Under the pieces are notes generated by a model. That model ran no database searches and was not told where the DNA came from. It worked only from the letters and a program-made list of their open reading frames with translations. The position numbers were made by a program, and so were the translations under genes. Shown in pieces: positions 37,667 to 47,113 of a stretch of 64,000 nucleotides of DNA. The stretch's first letter is position 1. Every line of letters starts with the position of its first letter. Source of the DNA: Trueperaceae bacterium (GTDB taxonomy: Bacteria > Deinococcota > Deinococci > Deinococcales > Trueperaceae); contig CBDCDZ010000004.1 in assembly GCA_965215565.1 (NCBI GenBank), positions 2,496,001 to 2,560,000 on the forward strand, read 5' to 3'.

Positions 37667-39022
37667 CTACTTCCCAACCCCCACATACGTCAGCCCATGC
37701 TCCTCAACCTCACTCGGGTTGAGCATGTTGCGAGCGTCCATGATGAGGTCGCCGCGCATCCGCGCCTTGATCTCCTCTAGGGGCAAGTGCTTATACTCTT
37801 GCCAGTCAGTGACAACTACGAGTGCGTCGCAGCCCATCGAGAGGCATTCGACGTCTTCGCAATATTCGACGGGCAAGTCCGGGTAGAGCCTGCGGGCGTT
37901 CGCCATCGCGATGGGGTCATGCACGCGGATGACCGCGCCGCGTTCATGCAGGTGCTCGATTAAGGTCAGCGCGGGCGCGTCGCGTAAATCGTCGGTGTTG
38001 CCCTTGAAGGCGAGCCCCATGAGCCCAATCGTCGTGCCGCGTAAGACTTTGAGGTGCTTTTGCAGGCGGTCGATGATGTGAAGGCGCTGCTTCTGGTTGA
38101 CCTCGATGGCGGACTCGACGATGGACATGTCGTAGTCGTAGCCTTTGGCGGTAGCGATGATCGCGCGGGTGTCCTTGCCGAAGCAGGAGCCGCCCCAACC
38201 GATGCCCGCGTTTAAGAACTTGGGGCCGATGCGCGTGTCCAAGCCGATGGCGCGCGCCACCTGGGTGATGTCCGCGCCGATATGTTCCGCTAAGCCCGCA
38301 AATTCGTTGATGAAGCTGATCTTGGTTGCTAAAAAGGAGTTGGCAGCGTACTTGGTCAGCTCGGCGCTGGTGGGCGTGGTGGTGATTAAGGAAGGCAGCG
38401 GGTAGCGTTCGGGGCGTGGGGTCTCGCTGGGGGCGTCGAAGGTTTGCTCCAAAAGAGGTGCGTAGAGTTCGCGGAGCATCCCGATAGCCGTCGCGCCGTC
38501 TGCGCCGATGACCACGCGGTCGGGGTAGAGCGTGTCGTGGACGGCTTTACCCTCAGCGAGAAACTCGGGGTTCGAGGCGACGGAGACGAAGGCCTCGACA
38601 CCCTGCTTTTCCAAGGTGCGCTGCAAAATTCCTTCGACGTGGCGCGCGCTGCCGACGGGCACGGTGGACTTATTGACCACGACGAGCTGCGCGCCCGGCT
38701 CGATGCGCTCGGCCACCTCTTTAGCGGCGGCGTCCACATACTGCAAGTCCGCGTCGCCATTGCCTTTGGTGGGCGTGCCTACGGCGATGAAGACGACGCC
38801 TTCGCCTTTGAGAGAAGGGATTTCCGTCTGGAAGCGCAAGCGGTTTTTAGAACTCCGTAAAAGCTCCTCTAAACCGGGCTCGTGAATCGTGGAGGTGCCC
38901 GTCTTGAGCGTTTCAACGATTTGCGGGTTTTTATCTACGCAGGTGACTTTGTGACCTAAGTAGGCTAGTGCGACGCCCGTGGTGAGTCCGACGTAGCCTG
39001 TTCCGATGATAGTGACGTTCAT
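37667..39022 (-). CDS. ugd: UDP-glucose/GDP-mannose dehydrogenase
   Basis: GTGYVG, AVGTP, KSTVP, NPEFL, GGSCFGKD, AFK.NTDDLR motifs. Confidence 0.93.
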   Translation of the reverse strand: MNVTIIGTGYVGLTTGVALAYLGHKVTCVDKNPQIVETLKTGTSTIHEPGLEELLRSSKNRLRFQTEIPSLKGEGVVFIAVGTPTKGNGDADLQYVDAAAKEVAERIEPGAQLVVVNKSTVPVGSARHVEGILQRTLEKQGVEAFVSVASNPEFLAEGKAVHDTLYPDRVVIGADGATAIGMLRELYAPLLEQTFDAPSETPRPERYPLPSLITTTPTSAELTKYAANSFLATKISFINEFAGLAEHIGADITQVARAIGLDTRIGPKFLNAGIGWGGSCFGKDTRAIIATAKGYDYDMSIVESAIEVNQKQRLHIIDRLQKHLKVLRGTTIGLMGLAFKGNTDDLRDAPALTLIEHLHERGAVIRVHDPIAMANARRLYPDLPVEYCEDVECLSMGCDALVVVTDWQEYKHLPLEEIKARMRGDLIMDARNMLNPSEVEEHGLTYVGVGK

Positions 39023-39024
39023 GC

Positions 39025-40320
39025 TTAACCTCTGCTTTCTGAAATGGAGTTGACGCGGTTGACTTGAGGGGTTGAGGGAGATTGCGGTGTCGGCGTTTTA
39101 GGAGGCGCTATAGCGGCGCGTAAAAAGATAAGAAGCGTGGCGAGCAGCGCGCCCGCGAGGACGGCGAGGATAACGCGCGAGGTGCCCGGCGCGGTGACGG
39201 GCGCGCCAGGTATGCTGGCGCGGTCTAGGAGTCGCGCGGTGCTCGGGACGAGTTCGCGCAGGTAGGCGGCGCGCACTTGGGCGTCAGCGGCGCTCTGAAA
39301 GGCGGTCTCGGCGCGTTCTGCGGCGCGGCTAAGGTCGCGCCCCCGCTGCTCCGGCGCAGCGGCAGGCTGAGTCTGGAGCGCCTCTTCGATGCGCTGAAGT
39401 TGCGCCTGTAAGCTCTCCTGTTCCGCGAGAAGCCCGCTCAAGGTGATCTCTTCGCGCTGCACGTCCGCCATGCGGCTCGGCGTGTTCGTCTGGCGCTGGG
39501 CGCGCAGCGTTTCCAGCCTAGCTCTCGAGGCGTCAGCGGCGCGCGACAGCGACCGCAGTTCCGCTTCGCCCTCGACGAGTTCGGCGGTCAGCCCCTGGAC
39601 CCTAGCCGCCGCGAGGCTGCCTTGGTTTTGCGCCTGAAAGTCTTGCAGTTGCGTCTGGGCGCTCTGCAAGGTCTTTTCGAGCCGCGCCGCCGCCGCGCCC
39701 GTCGCCGCTTCTATCTCGCTCAAGGTTGCCGCGCGCAGGTCATGCACCGCCGCCACCGTACTCTGCGCCCAGGCGTCCGCTAACGCTGCCGCGCGCTCGG
39801 GCTCGGGGAGGGTAACGATGTGCGTGACGACTAAAGACACGTCCTCCCCTGTCTGGTTCGGCCTGGTGTCGCGCCGCAGGCTGCCCGCCGCCCTGAGACC
39901 TGCCGCGCCCATATCGGTACCGGGCACACGGCTGAGCGCGTCCTCTAGCACCGCGTCGCTCAGGGCGAGTTCGCGGTACGCTTCGAAGGGGACCGCGCCG
40001 CTCCGCTCGAGGCTCAGGCGCTGCCCTGCCCCAGAAGACTCGCCCTCGACAGGCAACGGTGAAACGAGCACCGCCGCGCTCGCCACGAAGACGGGCGTAT
40101 GCCGCAGCGTGGACGCGAACGCTAGAGCGCCCGCTAAGAGCGCCGCCCCGATGATCCAGGGAAGCCCGCGCCTAAAGACGAGGTAAAGCTCCCGCAAGGA
40201 GACTTCGTCGTCTTTAAGGGACTCGTCTCTTGGAGGCTCGTCTTTTAGCGTGCGCCTCGCCCGCTCAGACGCAGCGGCTGGCACGCCGTTCGGCGCGTTG
40301 TTTGTAGTGGATTCTGGCAC
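39025..40320 (-). CDS. Wzz/GumC-type polysaccharide co-polymerase (chain-length determinant)
   Basis: DEVSLREL motif, N- and C-terminal TM helices, periplasmic coiled coil; no kinase domain. Confidence 0.8.
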   Translation of the reverse strand: MPESTTNNAPNGVPAAASERARRTLKDEPPRDESLKDDEVSLRELYLVFRRGLPWIIGAALLAGALAFASTLRHTPVFVASAAVLVSPLPVEGESSGAGQRLSLERSGAVPFEAYRELALSDAVLEDALSRVPGTDMGAAGLRAAGSLRRDTRPNQTGEDVSLVVTHIVTLPEPERAAALADAWAQSTVAAVHDLRAATLSEIEAATGAAAARLEKTLQSAQTQLQDFQAQNQGSLAAARVQGLTAELVEGEAELRSLSRAADASRARLETLRAQRQTNTPSRMADVQREEITLSGLLAEQESLQAQLQRIEEALQTQPAAAPEQRGRDLSRAAERAETAFQSAADAQVRAAYLRELVPSTARLLDRASIPGAPVTAPGTSRVILAVLAGALLATLLIFLRAAIAPPKTPTPQSPSTPQVNRVNSISESRG

Positions 40321-40666
40321 AGACCTGAACTTTCTTTAGAGCGTTGTGTCGGCACGCGAGCGCCGTTACCATAAACTTAGCAAGTATACAAGATTTTGTA
40401 AGTGACAGATGATAGCGCCCCCGCCGAGCCTAGGCGTTAAATTCACGACCGGCTTACTTGTTAGCTCACCCAGTGGCTTACCTGATGGACAATGCGCGAC
40501 TCGCCCCCGAAGGACAATTTAGCAGGCAGCCTCGGAATCTTGACCGGAAAATAGTGCGTTCCAGCGTGCTCTACTGGCGGCAGCACGCTCGCCCGTATCG
40601 GCTATGCCCGTTCACCCATGTCAGCAGAAGAGCCCCAAAATACCGTTCCGCTTGCTATCCTACAAG

Positions 40667-41515
40667 GTGTACGTACAGACCATCCCCACCCTGCCCGAGA
40701 CCTTACCCCAGCTTACCTCACATCTGCAAGGGCGGCGCGTGCTCGTCCTCTCCGGCGCGGGCATCAGCACCGAGTCGGGCATCCCCGACTACCGGGGACC
40801 CGAAAGTTCGAAGAAGCCGCGTAACCCAATGCGCTATGGGCAATTTGTCGGCAGCGAGGCGGCGCGGCAGCGCTACTGGGCGCGGAGCTTTCGCGGCTGG
40901 CAGCGCGTCTATAAGGCGCAGCCTAACGCGGGGCATAGAGCGTTAGCGCAGCTCGAGCAGGGGCGCGGCTTCACCGGACTCATCACTCAGAATGTCGACG
41001 GGCTCCACCAGGCGGCGGGCAGCCGCAACGTTTTAGAGTTGCACGGCAGCCTAGCCGCCGTGCGCTGCTTGGCGTGCCGGGGCGTGGAGTCGCGGCGGAA
41101 GTTGCAGCGCAGGATGCGCTCGGCTAACCCCGCCCTGCATATAAGCGCTACCGATATCGCACCTGACGGCGACGCAGAGGTGTCCGAAGAGGCGATCCGC
41201 CGTTTCAACGTCCCAGCTTGTGAAAGGTGCGGCGGCGTCCTCAAGCCGGACGTGGTTTTTTTCGGCGAGAACGTGCCCAAAGCGCGCGTCTCGAGGGCGT
41301 GGAGCATGTACGAGCAGGCTGACGTCCTCCTCGTCGTCGGCTCGTCGCTCACTGTCTTTTCGGGCTACCGCTTCGTGGCGCGGGCGGCGAAAGAGGACAA
41401 GCCCGTGGTGATCATCAACGCAGGTCCGACGAGGGGCGACAAGGACGCTTGCTTGTGTGTGGACGCCAGGCTGGGCGAGGTGTTGCCGAGTTTGGTGAAG
41501 ACGCTGTGCACGTAG
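40667..41515 (+). CDS. NAD-dependent protein deacylase, class II (SIRT4-like) sirtuin
   Basis: GAGISTESGIPDYRG, RQRYWARS, TQNVDGLH, ELHG, two CxxC, KPDVVFFGE. Start chosen at GTG 5 nt after TATCCT. Confidence 0.93.
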   Translation: MYVQTIPTLPETLPQLTSHLQGRRVLVLSGAGISTESGIPDYRGPESSKKPRNPMRYGQFVGSEAARQRYWARSFRGWQRVYKAQPNAGHRALAQLEQGRGFTGLITQNVDGLHQAAGSRNVLELHGSLAAVRCLACRGVESRRKLQRRMRSANPALHISATDIAPDGDAEVSEEAIRRFNVPACERCGGVLKPDVVFFGENVPKARVSRAWSMYEQADVLLVVGSSLTVFSGYRFVARAAKEDKPVVIINAGPTRGDKDACLCVDARLGEVLPSLVKTLCT

Positions 41516-41554
41516 CGCTGACGTCCTCTGAAATCAACTTGCGGCGCTGATAGG

Positions 41555-41621
41555 GAGCAATGAAGAACGAGCAATGAGTTGAAAGTGGAAATCAAAGATT
41601 TTCACTCATTGCTCATTAGCT
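41555..41621. repeat. Heptamer (AGCAATG) hairpin repeat family B, copy 1
   Basis: GAGCAATGAAGAACGAGCAATGAG...CTCATTGCTCATTAGC; its reverse complement aligns with 60815-60866. Confidence 0.8.
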
Positions 41622-41623
41622 TT

Positions 41624-44194
41624 TTATAGCCTCGGGTCCACCGGCTCACTCTCCAACGCCAGCACGCCAAACACACATTCGTGCACGCGGTAGAAAGGTT
41701 CGCCTCTCACGAAGCGTTCTAACGCTTCGATTCCTAATGCAAATTCACGTAGCGCTAGCGAACGCTTCGCGGACACGTTGCGCGCCTTTAGCCGCTCTAG
41801 GTGCTGCGGCAGCGCGTATTCTGGACCGTAGATGAGCCTGAGATATTCCCTACCTCTTACCTTGACGGCGGGTTGGACGAGGGTTTGCCTCGCCTCGGCT
41901 TCCGTTTTACCTTCGGCGATAAACTCGAGCGGTTTCACCACCATCCCTTCACCGCCTCTCGCCGTCAAGTCTTCCCACCAAGTCACCGCGTCGGCGACGC
42001 TCGCGTCGTCCTCCAAATCAACTTTGATGAACGCCGTGCGCTGTAACGAGCCTGACAGATACTTCGCCAGCGTCTCCAGGTGCCACACGTGCGTCTTGTC
42101 CGTGTGAACTGCGCCCTCGGTGGCTAAGAGGTGAAAGGGGGCGAGCTTGAGGTCATCCGCCGAGGTGACGTTCCAGCAGTAGCGCCGATACGCCTCGCGG
42201 TAGCGCGTGACGCTCTGGGACCTCTTCGTCATCTCTCCTCGCAAGGTGGACATCTCGAGCCCCCTTCGCTCAGCCTGCTCCAGCGCTGAAAGCGTTTCGC
42301 CCAGAGCGCGCTCCGCCGCCGTCCCTACCGCTGCGTACTGCTCCTCTAGGAGCCGCTGCGCCTTTGCGGACCAGGGCAGGAGTTCGGTGTCCAAACAGAC
42401 CCAGTCGGTTTGGAAGTCGCGCCAGAAGTTCGTCTCCTCTAAAGAGGTGCGGACGCGGGCGAGCAGGTCTTTTTCTAGAGAGGTACTCGAGAAAAAGGGT
42501 CTCCCGGTGCGCGTGTAAAAGATGCCGTCACGCCCGCCTGTCACACCGAAACGCCGCGCCGCGACCGCTCGGTTACGGCAGAGGACGAGGACGGTGCGAG
42601 AGCCCATGTGCTTCTCTTGACACACGACCTCTCGGACCCCTGCGCGGTAGTAACTGGCGAAAGCTTCGTCGGGATGCTCCAACAGCTCCGGGCGCTTCGA
42701 GGTTTGCGGGGCCGCCATCGTCGGCGGCAGGTAGATGAGCCACTTGGGGTTCACGGCGGCGCGGCTCATCACCTCTAAAGCGGCGGCCGCGTTCTCCTCG
42801 CGGATGGTGACGCTACTGCGCAGCCGCGTGGCGATCTGGCGCTTGCCAAGCACATCTTCGATGTCGAGGACGCCACCTGAACGCTCTTTTGTAGGAGAGA
42901 GAAAGGGGCGCGCACTCTCGGCGTAGACCTCTTGCGCGGGGACGGAGACGGTCTCCATCTCCGGGTAGCGGAGCGCCGTGAGCGCGCCGCCGAAGACGCA
43001 GCCCGTGTCGATATTCACCGTGCGGTTGAGGTGATAAGGCTCTGCCACGGGCGTATGGCCGTAAACGACGAACGCCTCGCCCCGGTAAGACGCCGCCCAG
43101 TTGCGCCGTACCGGGAGCCCGTACTCATCGGTCTCGCCCGTCGTGTCGCCAAAGAGCGCGAAGGCGCGCACCGCGCCCGAGGCGCGCCCTTGCAGGTCTT
43201 CCGTGAGCCCCGCGTGCGCCGCGACGAGCTTGCCGCCGTCCAGGATGTAGTGGCTCACCAAACCGTCAATAAAACTCGCCATCTCCTTCTCAAAGGCGGG
43301 GCGCACCTCTTCGGGGAGGGCGTCGAGTTCCTCTACGGTCTTCTCGAGCCCGTGCTTTAGCTTGACCTCCTTGCCGCGCAACTTTTTAAGCAGCTTCACG
43401 TCGTGATTGCCCGGCACGCAGAGTGCGTGACCTGCGCCTACCATCGCCTCGACGAGCCCCAGAGCGTCTAGGTTGCGCGGACCTCGGTCCATCAAGTCAC
43501 CGAGGAAGACCGCCCTGCGCCCTCCGGGGTGCGCGTAGAGACGCGGATAGAAACCTCGTTCTGCGTCCCGCTCCGTCCAGGTGTAGCCGAGCTTACCTAG
43601 CAACCCCTCCAACTCGTCGCAGCACCCGTGCACGTCCCCGATGAGGTCGAAAGGACCGCTTTCGTCTCGCTTGTCCGTCCAGAGGGGTTGACGTACGACG
43701 CGCGCCACGCCCACCTCTTCGGGCGAGCCCAGCACGTATATGTAGCGAAACCCCTCGCGCTTCAGACCCTTGAGCGAGCGTCTGAGTTGCCGGGTCTGGT
43801 TGCGCACGACGTGAGGACCGAAGTCGCGTTCAGGGCGCGCCGCGTTGCGCGCTTGGAGGAGCTTTTCGGGCAAGTCGAAGACGATAGCCGCCGCGAGGCA
43901 GTGGTGCGTGCGGGCGAGTTGCAGCAAAGTGGCGCGGTCTTCGCGCCGCACGCTGGTGGCGTCGATGACGGTCAAGCGGCGGTGTGAGAGGCGCTTAGCC
44001 GCGACGGTGCGCACCAGTTCAAAGGCGTCTTTCGTGACGGAGAGGTCATTTTCGTTGTCGCTAATAGCGGCGCGGCAGGCGTCCGAAGAGATGACCTCGG
44101 TCGGTTTGAAGTGCTTCGCCGCGAAGTGTGATTTGCCCGCGCCCGACGCGCCGACTAAGAGGATGAGGGAGAATTCGGGAACGCTGAGGTTCAC
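41624..44194 (-). CDS. pnkp: Polynucleotide kinase-phosphatase-ligase Pnkp
   Basis: Kinase P-loop GASGAGKS; phosphatase GDVHG, GDLMDRG, GNHD; ligase EKHMGSR, GEGMVVKP, KVRGREYLR. Confidence 0.96.
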   Translation of the reverse strand: MNLSVPEFSLILLVGASGAGKSHFAAKHFKPTEVISSDACRAAISDNENDLSVTKDAFELVRTVAAKRLSHRRLTVIDATSVRREDRATLLQLARTHHCLAAAIVFDLPEKLLQARNAARPERDFGPHVVRNQTRQLRRSLKGLKREGFRYIYVLGSPEEVGVARVVRQPLWTDKRDESGPFDLIGDVHGCCDELEGLLGKLGYTWTERDAERGFYPRLYAHPGGRRAVFLGDLMDRGPRNLDALGLVEAMVGAGHALCVPGNHDVKLLKKLRGKEVKLKHGLEKTVEELDALPEEVRPAFEKEMASFIDGLVSHYILDGGKLVAAHAGLTEDLQGRASGAVRAFALFGDTTGETDEYGLPVRRNWAASYRGEAFVVYGHTPVAEPYHLNRTVNIDTGCVFGGALTALRYPEMETVSVPAQEVYAESARPFLSPTKERSGGVLDIEDVLGKRQIATRLRSSVTIREENAAAALEVMSRAAVNPKWLIYLPPTMAAPQTSKRPELLEHPDEAFASYYRAGVREVVCQEKHMGSRTVLVLCRNRAVAARRFGVTGGRDGIFYTRTGRPFFSSTSLEKDLLARVRTSLEETNFWRDFQTDWVCLDTELLPWSAKAQRLLEEQYAAVGTAAERALGETLSALEQAERRGLEMSTLRGEMTKRSQSVTRYREAYRRYCWNVTSADDLKLAPFHLLATEGAVHTDKTHVWHLETLAKYLSGSLQRTAFIKVDLEDDASVADAVTWWEDLTARGGEGMVVKPLEFIAEGKTEAEARQTLVQPAVKVRGREYLRLIYGPEYALPQHLERLKARNVSAKRSLALREFALGIEALERFVRGEPFYRVHECVFGVLALESEPVDPRL

Positions 44195-45600
44195 GGCGAC
44201 ACCTCTAGCCTCTCCCGTTCATCTTCTACATTCTCGAGCCTGAACACCCCAACTTGCGTCGGCGCACCTACTTCGTCTTTGAGTAAGACGTCAGTGCTAA
44301 TCGCGCCTAAATGGAGTTTGTAGCTGTACCGCGTCGCCACCCCTTGCGCCCACGCCCGAAACTCCGCCCTGGTCCACTCGAAACGGTGGTCAGGGTGGCG
44401 AAAGGTGCCCTCGTCCATGCCAAAACGCACATTGTAATCCCGGTTCGGCGTCGTGAGGATGACGGTCTCGGGGCGCGCGTGACCGAATACGTTCGCCTCG
44501 AACGCTGTTAGCTGAAAGGGCTCCAAGTGCTCGACGACTTCGACGATAGCAGCAGCGTCAAACCCTGTGAGCCTCGAGTCTCTATAGAGGAGTGAACTTT
44601 GAAAGAGGTTCACCCGCTCTTTCGAAGGTGAGGACCCTAACCAACGCGCCGCTTTCGCAAGTGAACGAGTCGAAACGTCCATCCCGGCAATGTGGGCGAA
44701 CTGCGGCTCCTGGACAAGCAGCTTTAGGAGCTTGCCCTCACCGCAACCGAGGTCGAGCACGCGCCTCGCGCCGCTCTCTTTGAGCCGGTCGCGTACCCAG
44801 TTCAGGCGTTCATCATGGAGTCTGAGCGTGCTTGTCCCGTCTATCTTCGTAGCGGGTTCCGGCTCCTCGTCGGTTAAAGACGCCAACGCCGAGGCCGCCA
44901 AGCCCCGCTGATGCTTAAGGTAGCGCCTCGTGATGAGCTCGCGCTCAGGGTGGCGCTCCAGCCAGCCCTCCCCTTTCGCCAAGAGGTTGTCCACCTCATC
45001 TTCTTCGATCCAGTAGTGCTTGTCGTCGTCTAAAACGGGGATGAGCACGTAGAGGTGGCGCAGCAGCTCGGCGAGCGTGAGCGTGCCCGAGAGGGTCACG
45101 CTGTAGTAGGCGCTCTCGCCCCAACTCGGGAACGCCGCGTCGAGGGGGTAGGGCTCAGCCCTTACGGTATAGCCGAGGGGTCCGAAAAGCCGCTCGAGCA
45201 GCGCGCCGCCCCCCTTATCGCTGCGGCAGGGCAAAGAGGTCAGCTTGGCTTCGAGCGGCAGAGGGGTCTCGGTCAACTCGGGCTTAGCGTTGCACCTGCC
45301 CCCTAACGCGCTGCCAAACACGCGAGCCAGCGCCACGCTTATGAGTGAAGAGGTGGCGTAGGGGCGGTCATTGACGTAGGGCTGCAAGGCGAAACTGGGC
45401 GCGCCGCCGCGCCGCGTCAAGCGCACCGGGTCAACGGCTAGCAGGAGCGCCGCCGTGCAGCGCGCCTCGCCCGCTTCGGGGTAGAAGACGTGCGCTTCGC
45501 CGAAAGGCAGGCTAAAGGTCTGCGCCTTGTCCGGGTGTTTGTGCAAGAGGTAGCCGAGGTCGGTGGCGGGGACGTGGGTGGTAGCGAGGGTCAAGAGCAT
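44191..45600 (-). CDS. hen1: 3'-terminal RNA ribose 2'-O-methyltransferase Hen1
   Basis: MLLTL..PATDLGYLLHKHP, YVNDRPY, PVLDDDKHYW; DLGCGEG, EVVEH, RHPDHRFEWTR; 4-nt overlap with pnkp. Confidence 0.96.
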   Translation of the reverse strand: MLLTLATTHVPATDLGYLLHKHPDKAQTFSLPFGEAHVFYPEAGEARCTAALLLAVDPVRLTRRGGAPSFALQPYVNDRPYATSSLISVALARVFGSALGGRCNAKPELTETPLPLEAKLTSLPCRSDKGGGALLERLFGPLGYTVRAEPYPLDAAFPSWGESAYYSVTLSGTLTLAELLRHLYVLIPVLDDDKHYWIEEDEVDNLLAKGEGWLERHPERELITRRYLKHQRGLAASALASLTDEEPEPATKIDGTSTLRLHDERLNWVRDRLKESGARRVLDLGCGEGKLLKLLVQEPQFAHIAGMDVSTRSLAKAARWLGSSPSKERVNLFQSSLLYRDSRLTGFDAAAIVEVVEHLEPFQLTAFEANVFGHARPETVILTTPNRDYNVRFGMDEGTFRHPDHRFEWTRAEFRAWAQGVATRYSYKLHLGAISTDVLLKDEVGAPTQVGVFRLENVEDERERLEVSP

Positions 45601-45675
45601 AGCGTCCCCGTCCTCACGCTCCGGGTTTCGTGCTCCTTATGTAGAGGTGCGCGCGCGTTCACGAACGCTATTCTA

Positions 45676-45778
45676 TACGGATTCCGACTACATAAACTCC
45701 GACACTGCGTGCTTCTACGGAGCCGGAGTTGATTTCGTCCCTTTCAGGGGTACTTCGTGAAGCTCATCGGAATCCGTA
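45676..45778. repeat. 103-bp element with perfect 12-bp terminal inverted repeats (Deinococcus SRE-like)
   Basis: TACGGATTCCGA ... TCGGAATCCGTA; inner AACTCCG/CGGAGTT repeat. Confidence 0.8.
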
Positions 45779-45947
45779 GTTTTTTCAACTCGTTAGAGAG
45801 TCCTCAACCGCTAGCGGGAGCGAACTAGCCCCAACGGGGCGGGCTTTGCCCGTTCTAGGGTCCACGCGACTGCGTATCATGCCATTGTAAACGGCTCGTA
45901 CTGGCTATTCGTTGATGTTACCATCGGTTGAAGACTCTTTACTCGGA

Positions 45948-45967
45948 TTAATTCTTTTAAGAATTAA
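45948..45967. promoter_or_regulatory. AT-rich palindrome, possible operator
   Basis: TTAATTCTT-TT-AAGAATTAA in the divergent hen1 / PA14-lipoprotein intergenic region. Confidence 0.45.
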
Positions 45968-46130
45968 CCGGAAATGGTGTTAGCACCGACACCCTCGACA
46001 TCAACGCGATGTTCATCAACGCTTCATGAACATCTACTCACAAAATTTGTGGTCGATTCGACGTAGTATTCACATAATGCCACTCGTCAGCATCATATTA
46101 CCGCTGGCATCACATTAAGGAGGCTACATC

Positions 46131-46697
46131 ATGACGATGTCCGCCACTTCACGCACACTCTTACTCCTCACCTGGCTGCTGTTAGGGCTCTTACTGGGCG
46201 CGTGCGCCGAGGGAGACACCCCTGCGGACACGCCCTCCAGGGAAGCTGACTTTGAGGGCACGCTGAACGCGAGCTACTACTTCTTGCCCGAGGACACCAC
46301 CGCGCTACCCGACTTCGACGCGCTCACGCCCGAGGGTGAGTTGCAAAACCCTTCACTGAACATCTCGAGGCGCGACTTCGAGCAGGGCTTCCCAGGTATT
46401 CCAGAACGCACCACCTTCTTTGGGGTTCTCTACACGGGCACCTTTACCCTGGAAACAGAAGGTAGCTACACCTTTAGGCTCCTCTCGGACGACGGCTCGA
46501 GGCTCTACATCGACAACCAACTCGTGGTTGACCTCAACGGCTCTCACGACACGTTGGAGGAGAGCGCAACGGTGACGCTGGACGCGAGCACGCACAGCTT
46601 GCGCGTGGAGTATTTCCAGGGACCCGGCGACGAACTCTCCTTACAGCTTTTCGTGACGCCGCCCGGTGAGGACGAGCAGATTTTCACGGTTCAGTAG
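46131..46697 (+). CDS. PA14-domain lipoprotein
   Basis: SD AAGGAGG; lipobox LGAC; YTFRLLSDDGSRLYIDNQLVVD and LRVEYFQ PA14 motifs. Confidence 0.9.
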   Translation: MTMSATSRTLLLLTWLLLGLLLGACAEGDTPADTPSREADFEGTLNASYYFLPEDTTALPDFDALTPEGELQNPSLNISRRDFEQGFPGIPERTTFFGVLYTGTFTLETEGSYTFRLLSDDGSRLYIDNQLVVDLNGSHDTLEESATVTLDASTHSLRVEYFQGPGDELSLQLFVTPPGEDEQIFTVQ

Positions 46698-47113
46698 TCG
46701 GGCTCGCCCGAGCACCTTGAATAGATTGTAGACAAGACGTGTATAAAATGGCAGACATTCATCTAACGGGTACCTGACGCGCTGAGAGAAGGAGAGACCA
46801 AGGGTGCATATAGAATATGAGGAGCGCTTCTCCTTCTCCTACGTTCTCTCCCGCACGCTTCTAATGCCACGCTCCAGTACCATTCCACGTTATTAACGCT
46901 CCGCGCGCCTTCAGCGTAAGCCACTTTTGCACGGCTGCTCTCACTCTGTATAAGATGGGGCTGGGCGCTAACGTCATCTAACAACACAACCCTACAGCGA
47001 ACTTCCGCAAGCCCACTAACCCCAACGAAAAATTTTGAATAGTGATGATCTGATGACGAGATAAACGCATGAGGACGAATTACGTGAGACACGTGCGTAG
47101 GAGAGGCAGCCGA

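Noticed and set aside
22946..41515. Macro domain plus sirtuin as a SirTM-like ADP-ribosylation module
   Set aside because: The genes are about 17 kb apart on opposite strands, and the sirtuin has class II rather than class M motifs.
46786..46838. GAGAAGGAGA/TCTCCTTCTC inverted repeat before tolC
   Set aside because: Low-complexity purine/pyrimidine stem with a large loop; no recognisable riboswitch or terminator features.
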